Virus record (IMG/VR): IMGVR_UViG_3300037237_000386
Coordinates: 1-64,000 of that record
Length of the DNA stretch: 64,000 nt
Strand: one strand, 5' to 3'
Source: a virus
Position 1 is the stretch's first letter. The number at the start of each line of letters is the position of its first letter. Of this stretch, positions 30,179 through 39,005 are shown piece by piece. The notes beneath the pieces were generated by a model. The model did no database searches, had not been told where the DNA came from, and saw only the letters and a list, made by a program, of their open reading frames with translations. The position numbers were made by a program, and so were the translations under genes.

Positions 30179-30825
30179 TGGGCAAGCGGAAGAAGCCGAC
30201 GGTGAGTGCGGTGGTCAACTCGCCGCTGACGGGCGTGAAGCCGAATCCGTGGAATCCGAACCGACTGACGGCGTTCGAGAAGGAGAGCCTGAAGTTCGGC
30301 ATCCGTGAGGACGGGTGGCTCGCCAGCCACGCGCTCACCATCTGGCGCACGGACGAGAAGGGCAGAGAGAGGAACCTGGTCATCGACGGCGAGCACCGGC
30401 TGGTGGCGGCGCTGGAGCTCGGGATGACGGTCGGCCCGATGTGCTTCATCGACGGGATGAAGGAGAGCGACGCGAAGAAGCTCACCATCAAGCTCGACGC
30501 GAAGCGCGGCAAGTTCGACCAGGAGCTCCTGCAGACGCTCGTCAGGAGCATCGCGGATGGCCTCGACCTGGAGACGAGGAGCCTGGCCCTCGGCATCGGT
30601 GAGGACGTGCTCGGGGAGATGCTCGACACGACGCCGGATACACCCGTCGTCGGGGAGCTCGGCAGTGGCAGGACGAGCGACACGAAGGTGGTCACGTTGT
30701 TCTTCACGCCCGAGGGACATGACGAGTTCCTGAAGGTGGCCAAGGAGCTGGCGGTGCGCTTCAAGCAGCAGACGACGAGCGACACGGTGTTCGAGGCGGT
30801 GCGAAGGGCGAACGCCGCAAGATAG
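30178..30825 (+). CDS. ParB/Srx-domain protein, paralogue 2
   Basis: PNPWNPN, VIDGEHR; shares HALTIWRTDEKG and KLDAKRGKFD with paralogue 1. Confidence 0.85.
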   Translation: MGKRKKPTVSAVVNSPLTGVKPNPWNPNRLTAFEKESLKFGIREDGWLASHALTIWRTDEKGRERNLVIDGEHRLVAALELGMTVGPMCFIDGMKESDAKKLTIKLDAKRGKFDQELLQTLVRSIADGLDLETRSLALGIGEDVLGEMLDTTPDTPVVGELGSGRTSDTKVVTLFFTPEGHDEFLKVAKELAVRFKQQTTSDTVFEAVRRANAAR

Positions 30826-30830
30826 TCGCC

Positions 30831-31781
30831 ATGCGCGTGACGTACCGGAGGATGAGCGGGGCCGTCGGGCTGACGGACATGGAGCGCGGCAGCCGCGGGA
30901 TGTGGCTGGAGAAGAGGCGCGCGCTCCTCGCCGAGCTCGCGCGCCGGGGGCACGGGGTGAGCATCGTCAACCGGATGACGAAGTTCAGCATGCCCCCCGA
31001 GATCCCGCCGTGGGACCCGAAGCGGTGCGACCTCTTGATGATCGAGTTCGGCAGCTCGAACGCGAAGTTCTATGGCGAGGATCTCGACGGCACGAGCAGG
31101 ATGATCGACTCGCACGAGGGGAACATCGTGTTCCTCTGCGACGACCCGGACCTCCCCTACACGTGGAAGACGGTGACGAAGAAGATCGGGCGCTGGGTCG
31201 TGTGGATGAACGCGACGCGGGGCGAGGCGTTCGGCGGGCAGCCGGCGGGGATGGTCGTCCGGGATGCGCCGTTCGCGGCGCTGCTGCCCAAGCCGCTGAC
31301 GCCCATCCCGCTCGACCGCATGGAGCCTGCCGTCTACATCGGCAGGCCCAAGGGGCGCGAGAAGGCGCTGCGGGGCATCTTCGAGGCGGGTGTGGAGCTC
31401 GAGGTGTGCGGGCGCGCGAAGGAGTGGGAGGGGTTCGACGTGCGGGTCATCGACGCGCCGGACCAGGGCGCGCGCGGGGCCTTCTATCGGAGGCGGCTGG
31501 CGAGCGTCGTCGTCGCGGACCGGAAGCACAAGCGCATGGGCTGGAGGACGGGGCGCGCGTACCACGCGCTTTACGCGGGGACGCCGGCCGTCGTCGAGGC
31601 GGACCACGAGGCGCTGGCGGAGACGTTCACTGTGTTCCACGAGCCGGGGGATCTGCGAGACACGCTCACCGCGTGGAAGACGGACCCGCGGTTGCGCGCG
31701 AAGGCGTGGGACGCGCAGATGAATGCCCAGGTGCGGGACAGAGTGACCATGGACGAGACGCTGCGGGCGTCGGGCTTGTGA
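30831..31781 (+). CDS. GT-B glycosyltransferase, DNA beta-glucosyltransferase-like
   Basis: LARRGHGV, LCDDPD, YIGRPKGR, TGRAYHALYAG; lies next to TET. Confidence 0.65.
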   Translation: MRVTYRRMSGAVGLTDMERGSRGMWLEKRRALLAELARRGHGVSIVNRMTKFSMPPEIPPWDPKRCDLLMIEFGSSNAKFYGEDLDGTSRMIDSHEGNIVFLCDDPDLPYTWKTVTKKIGRWVVWMNATRGEAFGGQPAGMVVRDAPFAALLPKPLTPIPLDRMEPAVYIGRPKGREKALRGIFEAGVELEVCGRAKEWEGFDVRVIDAPDQGARGAFYRRRLASVVVADRKHKRMGWRTGRAYHALYAGTPAVVEADHEALAETFTVFHEPGDLRDTLTAWKTDPRLRAKAWDAQMNAQVRDRVTMDETLRASGL

Positions 31782-32227
31782 CGGTCGCGTACGACCTCGA
31801 CGGCGTGCTGGCGGAAGCGCCGCCCGAGGGCAGCAAGGCGTGGCGCAGGATGAAGGGACCGGAGCGCGCGGAGAGGCGCGCCTTCCTCGGGCGCTGGTAC
31901 CTGACGGCGAAGGGCCTCCACAAGCCGACGGAGCACGGGTTCCACGTCGTCACGGCGCGCTCGACGTGGGCCAGGGAGACGACGCTCGACTGGCTGGCGG
32001 CGCGCTACGGCGACCGGATGCTGGGCCTGCACATGCTCAAGGGAGGCAGGACCATCGAGCGCGTCGTCGCGTTCAAGGCGGGCGTGCTGCGGGAGCTCGG
32101 GGCGACGGACTACTCGGAGGACAACAGGACCGTCGTCGTGGCGCTGCGTAAGGCGGTACCCGAGTGCCGCATCTGGCACTACAAGGGCGGTCGCATGAAC
32201 CTCGACTACCCGGAGGCACCGCTTTGA
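31778..32227 (+). CDS. HAD-superfamily phosphatase/nucleotidase
   Basis: YDLDGVLA, VVTAR, K, YSEDN. Confidence 0.8.
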   Translation: MTVAYDLDGVLAEAPPEGSKAWRRMKGPERAERRAFLGRWYLTAKGLHKPTEHGFHVVTARSTWARETTLDWLAARYGDRMLGLHMLKGGRTIERVVAFKAGVLRELGATDYSEDNRTVVVALRKAVPECRIWHYKGGRMNLDYPEAPL

Positions 32228-32583
32228 CGCCGGTGCTGCGGTTCCTCAAGCGTCAGGTGGAGCACTACTTGGGATCGTTCTACGAGGGCCCGGAGCCTCC
32301 GCGCCGGTTGCGGAGGATGGTGCTCCTCTTCGCGAACGCGCATCCCAAGGCGACGCGGAGGGAGTGGGCAGAGTTCGCCGCGGCGCACGCTGCCGAGGCG
32401 TACCAGAGCGGGTACACGCGGGGGTGGGAGCGGAGCGAGCGAGACGCGGACGCGATGCCGTGGCTCGTGCAGGAGCCGGAGATCGTCGCGGACGCGCTTG
32501 ACCCTGGGTGGAGGGACGGGCCGAACGCGCTGCTGGTGAACGCGGAGGACGTGGTGGTGAGCGCTGCATCACGGGAGGCATGA
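32224..32583 (+). CDS. Hypothetical protein
   Basis: TTGA coupling; RBS GGAGG. Confidence 0.5.
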   Translation: MTPVLRFLKRQVEHYLGSFYEGPEPPRRLRRMVLLFANAHPKATRREWAEFAAAHAAEAYQSGYTRGWERSERDADAMPWLVQEPEIVADALDPGWRDGPNALLVNAEDVVVSAASREA

Positions 32584-33398
32584 GCGACCAGACGGCAGGA
32601 GCAACGGACGCGCCCATCTATCTCCTCGACCACGGCTACCTGCGGCTCGTGGAAACTTGGGGCAACGACGAGCGCATCGTCGAGGCGGCGCGCATGAGCA
32701 CGGGCAAGGGCTTCCTCGGGTGGGGCGTCGAGGAGACGTGCGACAAGTGCCGGGGGAGCGGTACGAATGAGCCGGAGAACGGACCGGGCTCGCTCTGCAA
32801 GCAGTGCTCGGGGAGGACGCGCTGGGTGAACAAGCCCGGCGACGAGAAGCTGCTGAAGTACCTCTACGACAACCGGCACATGACGCCGTTCGAGATGGCG
32901 GGTGCGACCTTCGAGGTGCAGGCGCCGATCTTCGTGTTCCGCGAGTGGCACCGGCATCGGACGCAGAGCTACAACGAGGCGAGCGCGCGCTACATGCCGC
33001 TGCCGGACGTGAACTACGTGCCGACGGTGGAGCGGTTGATGATCGGGGGCGGGCACCTGACGGCGCAGGCGGGCGCGGTGAAGGGAGCGGCCGAGTTCAC
33101 GAGGGAGAGCGCGGAGACGTTCCAAACGCTCCTTCGCACGCAGTACAACGAGGCGCAGGGGCTCTATCAACTGGCGCTCGACAACGGTGTACCCAAGGAG
33201 CTCGCGCGGCTCTGCCTGCCGGTGGGGCGGTACAGCCGGATGCGCGCGAGCGCGAACCTGCGCAACTGGATGCAGTTCCTGACGCTGCGGGACGACCCGC
33301 ACGCACAGTACGAGATCCGGGTGTACGCCGCGGCGGTGCGCGACGTGTTGGCGACGAGCTTCCCGAGGACGATGCGCATCTTCAAGGGAGGCACGTGA
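32580..33398 (+). CDS. thyX: Flavin-dependent thymidylate synthase with a Zn-finger insertion
   Basis: HMTPFEM, REWHRHRTQSYNEASARY, ELARLCLP, NLRNW, HAQYEIR. Confidence 0.93.
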   Translation: MSDQTAGATDAPIYLLDHGYLRLVETWGNDERIVEAARMSTGKGFLGWGVEETCDKCRGSGTNEPENGPGSLCKQCSGRTRWVNKPGDEKLLKYLYDNRHMTPFEMAGATFEVQAPIFVFREWHRHRTQSYNEASARYMPLPDVNYVPTVERLMIGGGHLTAQAGAVKGAAEFTRESAETFQTLLRTQYNEAQGLYQLALDNGVPKELARLCLPVGRYSRMRASANLRNWMQFLTLRDDPHAQYEIRVYAAAVRDVLATSFPRTMRIFKGGT

Positions 33399-33625
33399 TG
33401 CCGAATCCCGACCAGGTGCAGCTCAAGGTCAACGAGGCGCGCGGCGGCGTGAAGCGGCTGAAGGAAGCAGTCGCCACGCGGGCGCAGGTGCAGCGTGTGC
33501 AGGACGGGGACGACGAGCTCACGCTGCTCGGGCAGATTGCGTTGCACCTGGCGGAAGCCATCGAGGCGCTCGCCGGGGAGCTGCAGGGACACCGGGACAG
33601 GCACGCGGCTGGAAGGGGACGATGA
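33398..33625 (+). CDS. Hypothetical protein
   Basis: Coupled ORF. Confidence 0.5.
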   Translation: MPNPDQVQLKVNEARGGVKRLKEAVATRAQVQRVQDGDDELTLLGQIALHLAEAIEALAGELQGHRDRHAAGRGR

Positions 33626-34140
33626 TGAACGACCGAGCGGCGTGGAGCGTGAGCGAGCTGGCGGAGAGAGGTGGCTACGTCATCCACGAGGAGACGGGGA
33701 CCGTCGGCCGGGCGAAGCGGATGTGGTCGGGGGACGACGGCGACGCGTGGGTGAGCCCCGTCAACGGGCAGTCCGTGAAGGCGCCGGTGCTCGAGCTGCA
33801 GACGGGCGACGCCTTCGTGCTGAAGGACGCGGACACCTTCACACCGCTGACGGCGAAGGAGGTGGAGGTGTTCGAGGGGTTGCAGCAGATGGTGACGCAC
33901 GCCACGACTATCGCGGGGAGCCTCGCCGCGGCCTCTGGCGTGCCCCTGGAGCAGTTTGCGCGCCTGGGGGCGGCAGTGCTCCGGGCGCAGCAGCTGGCGC
34001 TGGAGAGGGCCGTCCTCGGGGTGGTAATGGCCCAACTGGACGTGCCACTGTCCCCCGAGGCCGAGGCGGCGCTGCAGGCGGGCATGGAGAGCGCGAGGCG
34101 GGGCGAGGTGGCACCGCTCGTGCTGCCGGAGGCGAAATGA
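33622..34140 (+). CDS. Hypothetical protein
   Basis: Coupled ORF. Confidence 0.55.
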   Translation: MMNDRAAWSVSELAERGGYVIHEETGTVGRAKRMWSGDDGDAWVSPVNGQSVKAPVLELQTGDAFVLKDADTFTPLTAKEVEVFEGLQQMVTHATTIAGSLAAASGVPLEQFARLGAAVLRAQQLALERAVLGVVMAQLDVPLSPEAEAALQAGMESARRGEVAPLVLPEAK

Positions 34141-34553
34141 GCCAGGACCAGGGACCGAGCCTCACGCGTAGCGCGGCGCACAACGCGGCGGCTGCGCTGG
34201 TGACGATGTACGCGGGAGCAATCGCGGACGCGGAGCGGGAGATCGCGCAACTGCGGGCGATGGTGGAGCGGACCTCGACGCTGCTCGGGCAGACGGTGAA
34301 GCAGCGGGACGAGGCGCAGGAACGGGCCTCCGACGCAGCCGCGACGACGCAGCGTTGGAAGGACGACTACGCACGCGAGGCGCAGGCGTACGCCGCCGTC
34401 TACTCGGTCGTCGAGGAGGTGAGGGAGGCGATGCCGCGGCTGCGTGAAGCGGGGTTCACGAGGCTCGTCGAGATGTGGGACGCGGCGAGCAAGCCGTATC
34501 CGAAGCCTGGGGAAACCCGGGTTTCCCCCGAACCCGAGCACGTGGCAGGCTGA
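34137..34553 (+). CDS. Hypothetical coiled-coil protein
   Basis: Coupled ORF. Confidence 0.55.
   Translation: MSQDQGPSLTRSAAHNAAAALVTMYAGAIADAEREIAQLRAMVERTSTLLGQTVKQRDEAQERASDAAATTQRWKDDYAREAQAYAAVYSVVEEVREAMPRLREAGFTRLVEMWDAASKPYPKPGETRVSPEPEHVAG
34511..34526. repeat. 16-bp palindrome, copy 6 (ETRVS)
   Basis: Exact; 19 nt before CAGGCT-N7-ATG(34559). Confidence 0.95.
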
Positions 34554-34558
34554 CGTCC

Positions 34559-34972
34559 ATGGCGACGATGAGACACGGACGGGCAACGGGGCTGGCGGCG
34601 CTGCTGTCGGTGGTGAGCACGCAGCCGGTCGTGCGCAACGACAACGAGCCCGGGCCCTCGAAGCCGGACCCCGACGGTGGACCCACGATCCTGAAGCAGG
34701 TGGACGTGACGCGGGGCACGGCGGAGTTCATGAACCGCTATCGGAAGCACCTGCACCGGTACGGGTGCGTCGAGTTCGAGGTGCCGCGAGGCATCACGTT
34801 GCCGCCTTGGATGCACGTCGTCCTCGACACGCTGCGCATGCGCGAGCGGAACTGGCGCGTGGTCACACTCGTTGGCAAGAAGGGCGCGACGCTCCACCGG
34901 GTCGTGTGGAAGCACTGGTGCAAGCAGCTGCGCACCCGGGGCTTGCCCTTACGGGTCGTGCACGGTGCCTGA
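34559..34972 (+). CDS. Hypothetical protein (leaderless)
   Basis: CAGGCT-N7-ATG. Confidence 0.5.
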   Translation: MATMRHGRATGLAALLSVVSTQPVVRNDNEPGPSKPDPDGGPTILKQVDVTRGTAEFMNRYRKHLHRYGCVEFEVPRGITLPPWMHVVLDTLRMRERNWRVVTLVGKKGATLHRVVWKHWCKQLRTRGLPLRVVHGA

Positions 34973-35237
34973 GGAGCCCAAGCTCGGGCAGCGGCACGAG
35001 TGGAGCCCCCCTTGGGCGCTCCACGTCGAGGGCTGGTACCACGACAGGCTGCCGCCCGAGGAGCCGGGACTGCCGCCCGAGGCAGCGCCGTGGGGGGCGA
35101 CCTGTACGACGTGCGGCGAGACGATTCAGCGCACGTGCGCGAGCGGCATGATGCGGGGGTGGATTCAGTCGTTTGCGCGGGCGCACCTGCACCGTAGCCC
35201 GCTCGACGAGGCACCGAGGAAGGACCCGAACACGTGA
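34965..35237 (+). CDS. Small Zn-finger-like protein
   Basis: CTTCG...HLH. Confidence 0.45.
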   Translation: MPEEPKLGQRHEWSPPWALHVEGWYHDRLPPEEPGLPPEAAPWGATCTTCGETIQRTCASGMMRGWIQSFARAHLHRSPLDEAPRKDPNT

Positions 35238-35581
35238 TGCGACTGATGGAGTTGGGATTCTTGGGGATGTGCGCGACGATGGCGCTGACGCTCGTCTTCG
35301 AGGGGGGCGTCGCGAGTGGCAAGCACGCGCAGCAGGACCCGGTGGACGACGCGCTGCTTGGGGACCTGAAGGCGTGCACGGCGAGCCTGAACGAGACGGT
35401 GGCGACGCTGCGGCGGCGCAACGACGAGGACCCGCAGATCACGTACTCGCTGCAGCACATGGCCGGCGAGATCGACCGATGCAACTCGAGGTTGCAGTGC
35501 TGCACGGCGTTCAACGTCACGTGTGTGGAGCGGGGGTTCACGTACCAGTCGCTGCAGCAGCTGCAGGCGGGGCAACCGTGA
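35237..35581 (+). CDS. Exported Cys-containing protein
   Basis: N-terminal hydrophobic signal. Confidence 0.5.
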   Translation: MRLMELGFLGMCATMALTLVFEGGVASGKHAQQDPVDDALLGDLKACTASLNETVATLRRRNDEDPQITYSLQHMAGEIDRCNSRLQCCTAFNVTCVERGFTYQSLQQLQAGQP

Positions 35582-35961
35582 AGACGAAGCGCACGACGGA
35601 GCACGCGACGGGCGACGCGGTGAATCACCCGGACCACTACAACGCGCACCCGAGTGGGGTGGAGTGCATCCGGGTCGTCGAACATATGAGCTTCAACGTC
35701 GGCAACGCGGTGAAGTACGCGTGGCGCGCGGACCACAAGGGCACGAGCCCGGTGGAGGACCTGAAGAAGGCGGCTTGGTACATCGCGCGCGAGATCGAGC
35801 GGCTGACGAGTCCGAGCACGATCCCGGGAGGACCGCACGCACTGGCGACGCAGGTGGTGGAGTCGTTCGTGCGGCGCTACGGGAGGCTCCCGCCGCAGGT
35901 TCGCGTGGGGGAAACCCGGGTTTCCCCCGTCCGCCGGCGGAAGGCCAAGAAACATAGTTGA
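35578..35961 (+). CDS. DUF3310-family phage protein
   Basis: VNHPDHY, ECI, GNAVKYAWRA, EDLKKAAWY. Confidence 0.85.
   Translation: MKTKRTTEHATGDAVNHPDHYNAHPSGVECIRVVEHMSFNVGNAVKYAWRADHKGTSPVEDLKKAAWYIAREIERLTSPSTIPGGPHALATQVVESFVRRYGRLPPQVRVGETRVSPVRRRKAKKHS
35910..35925. repeat. 16-bp palindrome, copy 7 (extends to 22 bp, 35907-35928; ETRVS)
   Basis: Exact; 32 nt before TTGACA. Confidence 0.95.
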
Positions 35962-35993
35962 CAAGTATCGCGGTTGGATTCATACTGCTCGGT
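35958..35993 (+). promoter_or_regulatory. Sigma70-type promoter, probably leaderless
   Basis: TTGACA-17nt-CATACT-7nt-ATG(35994). Confidence 0.82.
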
Positions 35994-36218
35994 ATGGACG
36001 AGACGACGCGCAAGGCTCGGGCGAAGGCGGCGGGGTACAAGTTCTGGCTCGCGTTCACCCGGGAGTTCCTCTTCGGGCAGACGCTCGCGGGCACGCGGCA
36101 CGAGGACGGGCTGCCGTTCTGCCGCCTGGGCGACGGCAAGGCCTGGGTCAACGCGATCAACGCGCGCCCCGCCCGCGTCGGGTACAAGGTCATCAGCTAC
36201 CGCGTGGTGGCGCTTTGA
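35994..36218 (+). CDS. Hypothetical protein (leaderless)
   Basis: ATG 7 nt after the -10 box. Confidence 0.55.
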   Translation: MDETTRKARAKAAGYKFWLAFTREFLFGQTLAGTRHEDGLPFCRLGDGKAWVNAINARPARVGYKVISYRVVAL

Positions 36219-36796
36219 ACCCCCTCGACAGAGCGACCGCGCTCGCGCCCAACGCGAAGGAGCTGGCGGTCCTCCGCATCTTCGTCTCGACCGACGAGAC
36301 ACGTCCCAACCTGGCCACGCTGTACGCCTACGAGAGCGACGGCGGCACCACCTACGTCGCGACCGACGGGCACACCATCGTCGTGCGCCGGGCAGGCACG
36401 CACCGCACGATGGCACTGCACGACGTGTTCAAGCTCGCCACGCTGGCGGTCGGCGACGATGGCACGGCGAAGCCCACGGACAGGTTTCCGCCCAAGTGGG
36501 AGCAGGTGCTGCGCGCGGGCGCGACGGGCGGAGCGCTCGCGAAGGCGTACAGCATCTCGCCGCTCTACATGATGCGGTTGGCGGACGTGGAGAAGGCAGC
36601 AGGGCAACGCGCCGCGGATGACTACGTTCCGCCCGCCGGGCTGTCGAAGAAGGACGCGGCGGCGATGCGAGCGAACCTGAAGGGCAGCGCGCTGACGTTG
36701 CTGACCATCCCGAGCGACCCGCTCGACGGATGGTTCTGGAAGGCGGAGACCACGGCGGCGCTTTGGGAAGGTGTCGTCATGCCGAGGAGGATCTGA
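36215..36796 (+). CDS. Beta-clamp (DnaN) central-domain-like protein
   Basis: STDETRPNL...VATDGH...RFPPKWEQVL. Confidence 0.55.
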   Translation: MNPLDRATALAPNAKELAVLRIFVSTDETRPNLATLYAYESDGGTTYVATDGHTIVVRRAGTHRTMALHDVFKLATLAVGDDGTAKPTDRFPPKWEQVLRAGATGGALAKAYSISPLYMMRLADVEKAAGQRAADDYVPPAGLSKKDAAAMRANLKGSALTLLTIPSDPLDGWFWKAETTAALWEGVVMPRRI

Positions 36797-37377
36797 TGAA
36801 CCGCATCAAGATCGCGCAGGCGGTGAACGACGCAGGAGCTTCGGTTGGCCGGGGCTTCCCGAAGTTGGTGGAGGGTTCCTCGCGCGAGACGCTCATCGCG
36901 TGGCTCGCGCACAACGACCCGTCCGGCATCTACACGGACGAGGACCTGCGGGCGGAGGGCGAGGAGCCCATGACGCTCGACGAGGCGTGGAAGCAGGTGG
37001 CCGAGGGTTGCGACTACAGCGAGGCGCCTCCCGAGCCGAAGAGGGCGCTGGCCTGGGCGCGGTTCACGAAGGGCGATTGGGCGGGGTTCTCGGGCGCGGA
37101 GAAGTTCCCGAACGGCGACGAGCCGCTCAGCGCGGAGCTGAGCGTGGACGGACGCCCGGCTGTTGCCGTGTGCGACCTGACGGGGCTCGGGCTCTACGTC
37201 GAGGGTGAGGACAGCCGCGAGGGCCAGGACGGCGACGCGTACTGGTCGTTCTTCGCGGAGTACCGCACGGGCGAGCAGAAGCTGCAGTACGCGCTGAACG
37301 CGATGTTCGCGCTCGCGTCGGTGATGACGAGCGACGAGCTGCGCAAGCTCGGGTTCACGAAGGACGGAGAGAGGTGA
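36796..37377 (+). CDS. Hypothetical protein
   Basis: RBS GAGGAGG. Confidence 0.55.
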   Translation: MNRIKIAQAVNDAGASVGRGFPKLVEGSSRETLIAWLAHNDPSGIYTDEDLRAEGEEPMTLDEAWKQVAEGCDYSEAPPEPKRALAWARFTKGDWAGFSGAEKFPNGDEPLSAELSVDGRPAVAVCDLTGLGLYVEGEDSREGQDGDAYWSFFAEYRTGEQKLQYALNAMFALASVMTSDELRKLGFTKDGER

Positions 37378-37712
37378 GCGCCATGACGACGGGCATCTCG
37401 GAAGCACGGTTGCGGGAGCTACTCATCAGGAGGCCGAAGGCCATGGACGACGACGGGAAGATCACGCTGGAGCCGGAGGAACGCGCGCTCCTCGCGGACG
37501 TGCACAACGCAGGCGCGCGCGAGTTCGAGGTGGTGAAGGAGAAGGGCAAGAGCACCGCACGCTTCGACGCTGCGCACACTCTGGAGAAGCGGGGCCTCAT
37601 CACGTGGGTTCGCTGCGCCGGGTCCGCGGGCCGGGACGTGGCGATGCTGCGGGTCAGCTACCGGCTCACGCCGCAGGGCGCGGAAGTCGCCCGGACGGTC
37701 GGTGCGTCGTGA
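37374..37712 (+). CDS. Hypothetical protein, wHTH-like C-terminus
   Basis: LEKRGLI...YRLTPQG. Confidence 0.5.
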   Translation: MSAMTTGISEARLRELLIRRPKAMDDDGKITLEPEERALLADVHNAGAREFEVVKEKGKSTARFDAAHTLEKRGLITWVRCAGSAGRDVAMLRVSYRLTPQGAEVARTVGAS

Positions 37713-38042
37713 GCTGCCCGGGCTGCGGGAAGGACTTCCGCAAGGGGACGACGGTGACGCTGCAGGACCCCGCGGTGGGCCCAGGAGGGCGCAGGGCACG
37801 CGTTTGCGGCGAGTGCCTCGCCCGGGCCCTCGTCGTCGTGGCGCCGCGCCTGGCGCCCGTCCTGAAGCAGGTGACGGGCAAGGAGGACAACGAGGTAGTC
37901 ATCCGACAGCTGCGGGTGCTCGCGAAGGCGGCGGAAGGCGGCGGAGAAGGACGCGAGGCCGGACGTGCACAACGCGCTCTACCATCAGGGCAGGGCGGAG
38001 GGCTTCGAGGGAGCCATCGAGCTGCTGAAGGGGCGCAAGTGA
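37709..38042 (+). CDS. Zn-finger protein, frameshifted near 37934
   Basis: CPGC...CGEC; the frame ending ALYHQGRAEGFEGAIELLKGRK resumes after GCGGCGGAAGGCGGCGG. Confidence 0.4.
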
Positions 38043-38338
38043 TTCACGAGCAGGTGGAGTACTCCGTGGAGGACCCCCACGGGCAGGAGCGCATCTTCAA
38101 GGACCCGAAGGAGGCGCAGTTGTTCGTGCCGAAGGGCACCACCGGGACCGTCAGCGACAGCTGCAAGGACGGGGTGCTCGTGAAGGTCGATGGCAGGGTG
38201 CCGGGCCTGACCGACTCAGACGAGTGGGAGGGCGAGTTTCAGTGGCTCGATGCCCACGTCGAGGCTGGCGAGCCCGAGTGCCGCGAGGACCGCCAGCCAG
38301 CGATTCTCGCCCGCGCTCTGGCCGCGAGGGCGACGTGA
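38039..38338 (+). CDS. Hypothetical protein
   Basis: GTGA coupling. Confidence 0.4.
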   Translation: MIHEQVEYSVEDPHGQERIFKDPKEAQLFVPKGTTGTVSDSCKDGVLVKVDGRVPGLTDSDEWEGEFQWLDAHVEAGEPECREDRQPAILARALAARAT

Positions 38339-38745
38339 CCGAGGCGCACTGGACGAAGATGGCGATCAAGGTGCTCTGCAACCAGCTCGACTCGTGGTGG
38401 ATCACGAACCGGCCGCTCGACTTCCGGAAGCTCGCCGAGCTGACCGAGAAGGCGCACGAGATGCTCGCGAATCCGAGCCACCGCAAGGAGATCGTGCTCG
38501 CAGGCATCCGCTCGTCACGCGCCAGACACGCGAAGCGCTACAGCGAGTGCTGCGAGACCATCGGCAACCAGCTGGTCCGGTTCACCGAGTACGGGCAGCC
38601 CGACGAGCTCATCGAGCGCTTCACGAGGCTGGCGCGCGAAGAGGACAAGGCGGACAAGACGCTCGAGAAGCTGCTTCACCGCGTGCTCGACGAGGGTCTG
38701 CCGCCAGAAGTCGAGGCGTACGACCCGACCACACCGAAGGGATGA
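38335..38745 (+). CDS. Hypothetical protein
   Basis: Coupled ORF. Confidence 0.5.
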   Translation: MTEAHWTKMAIKVLCNQLDSWWITNRPLDFRKLAELTEKAHEMLANPSHRKEIVLAGIRSSRARHAKRYSECCETIGNQLVRFTEYGQPDELIERFTRLAREEDKADKTLEKLLHRVLDEGLPPEVEAYDPTTPKG

Positions 38746-39005
38746 CGAGGATGCCGACGCTGGTGCTTGGACGAGACGGGATGGGACCGAACAGCGAGGA
38801 GGCCGACTTCAAGGCCTTCGTCAGCTACGCGCTCGACCAGGCGATGAGCCGCGGCGAGGCGACGCTGGACGTTCTCATCTGGGACGAGGCCGGGGCGCTC
38901 ACGTACGGGGGAGACGACGCGGTGGAGCGCTACAGCGAGGACCCGGAGGCGAGCGTGTTCGAGCGGTTCGAGATCAAGGTCAACTGCGCAGGGAGGGTGC
39001 CGTGA
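38742..39005 (+). CDS. Hypothetical protein
   Basis: Coupled ORF. Confidence 0.45.
   Translation: MTRMPTLVLGRDGMGPNSEEADFKAFVSYALDQAMSRGEATLDVLIWDEAGALTYGGDDAVERYSEDPEASVFERFEIKVNCAGRVP

Noticed and set aside
28592-30825. Classical ParABS partition locus
   Set aside because: No ParA ATPase is seen and the ParBs are embedded in a base-modification operon
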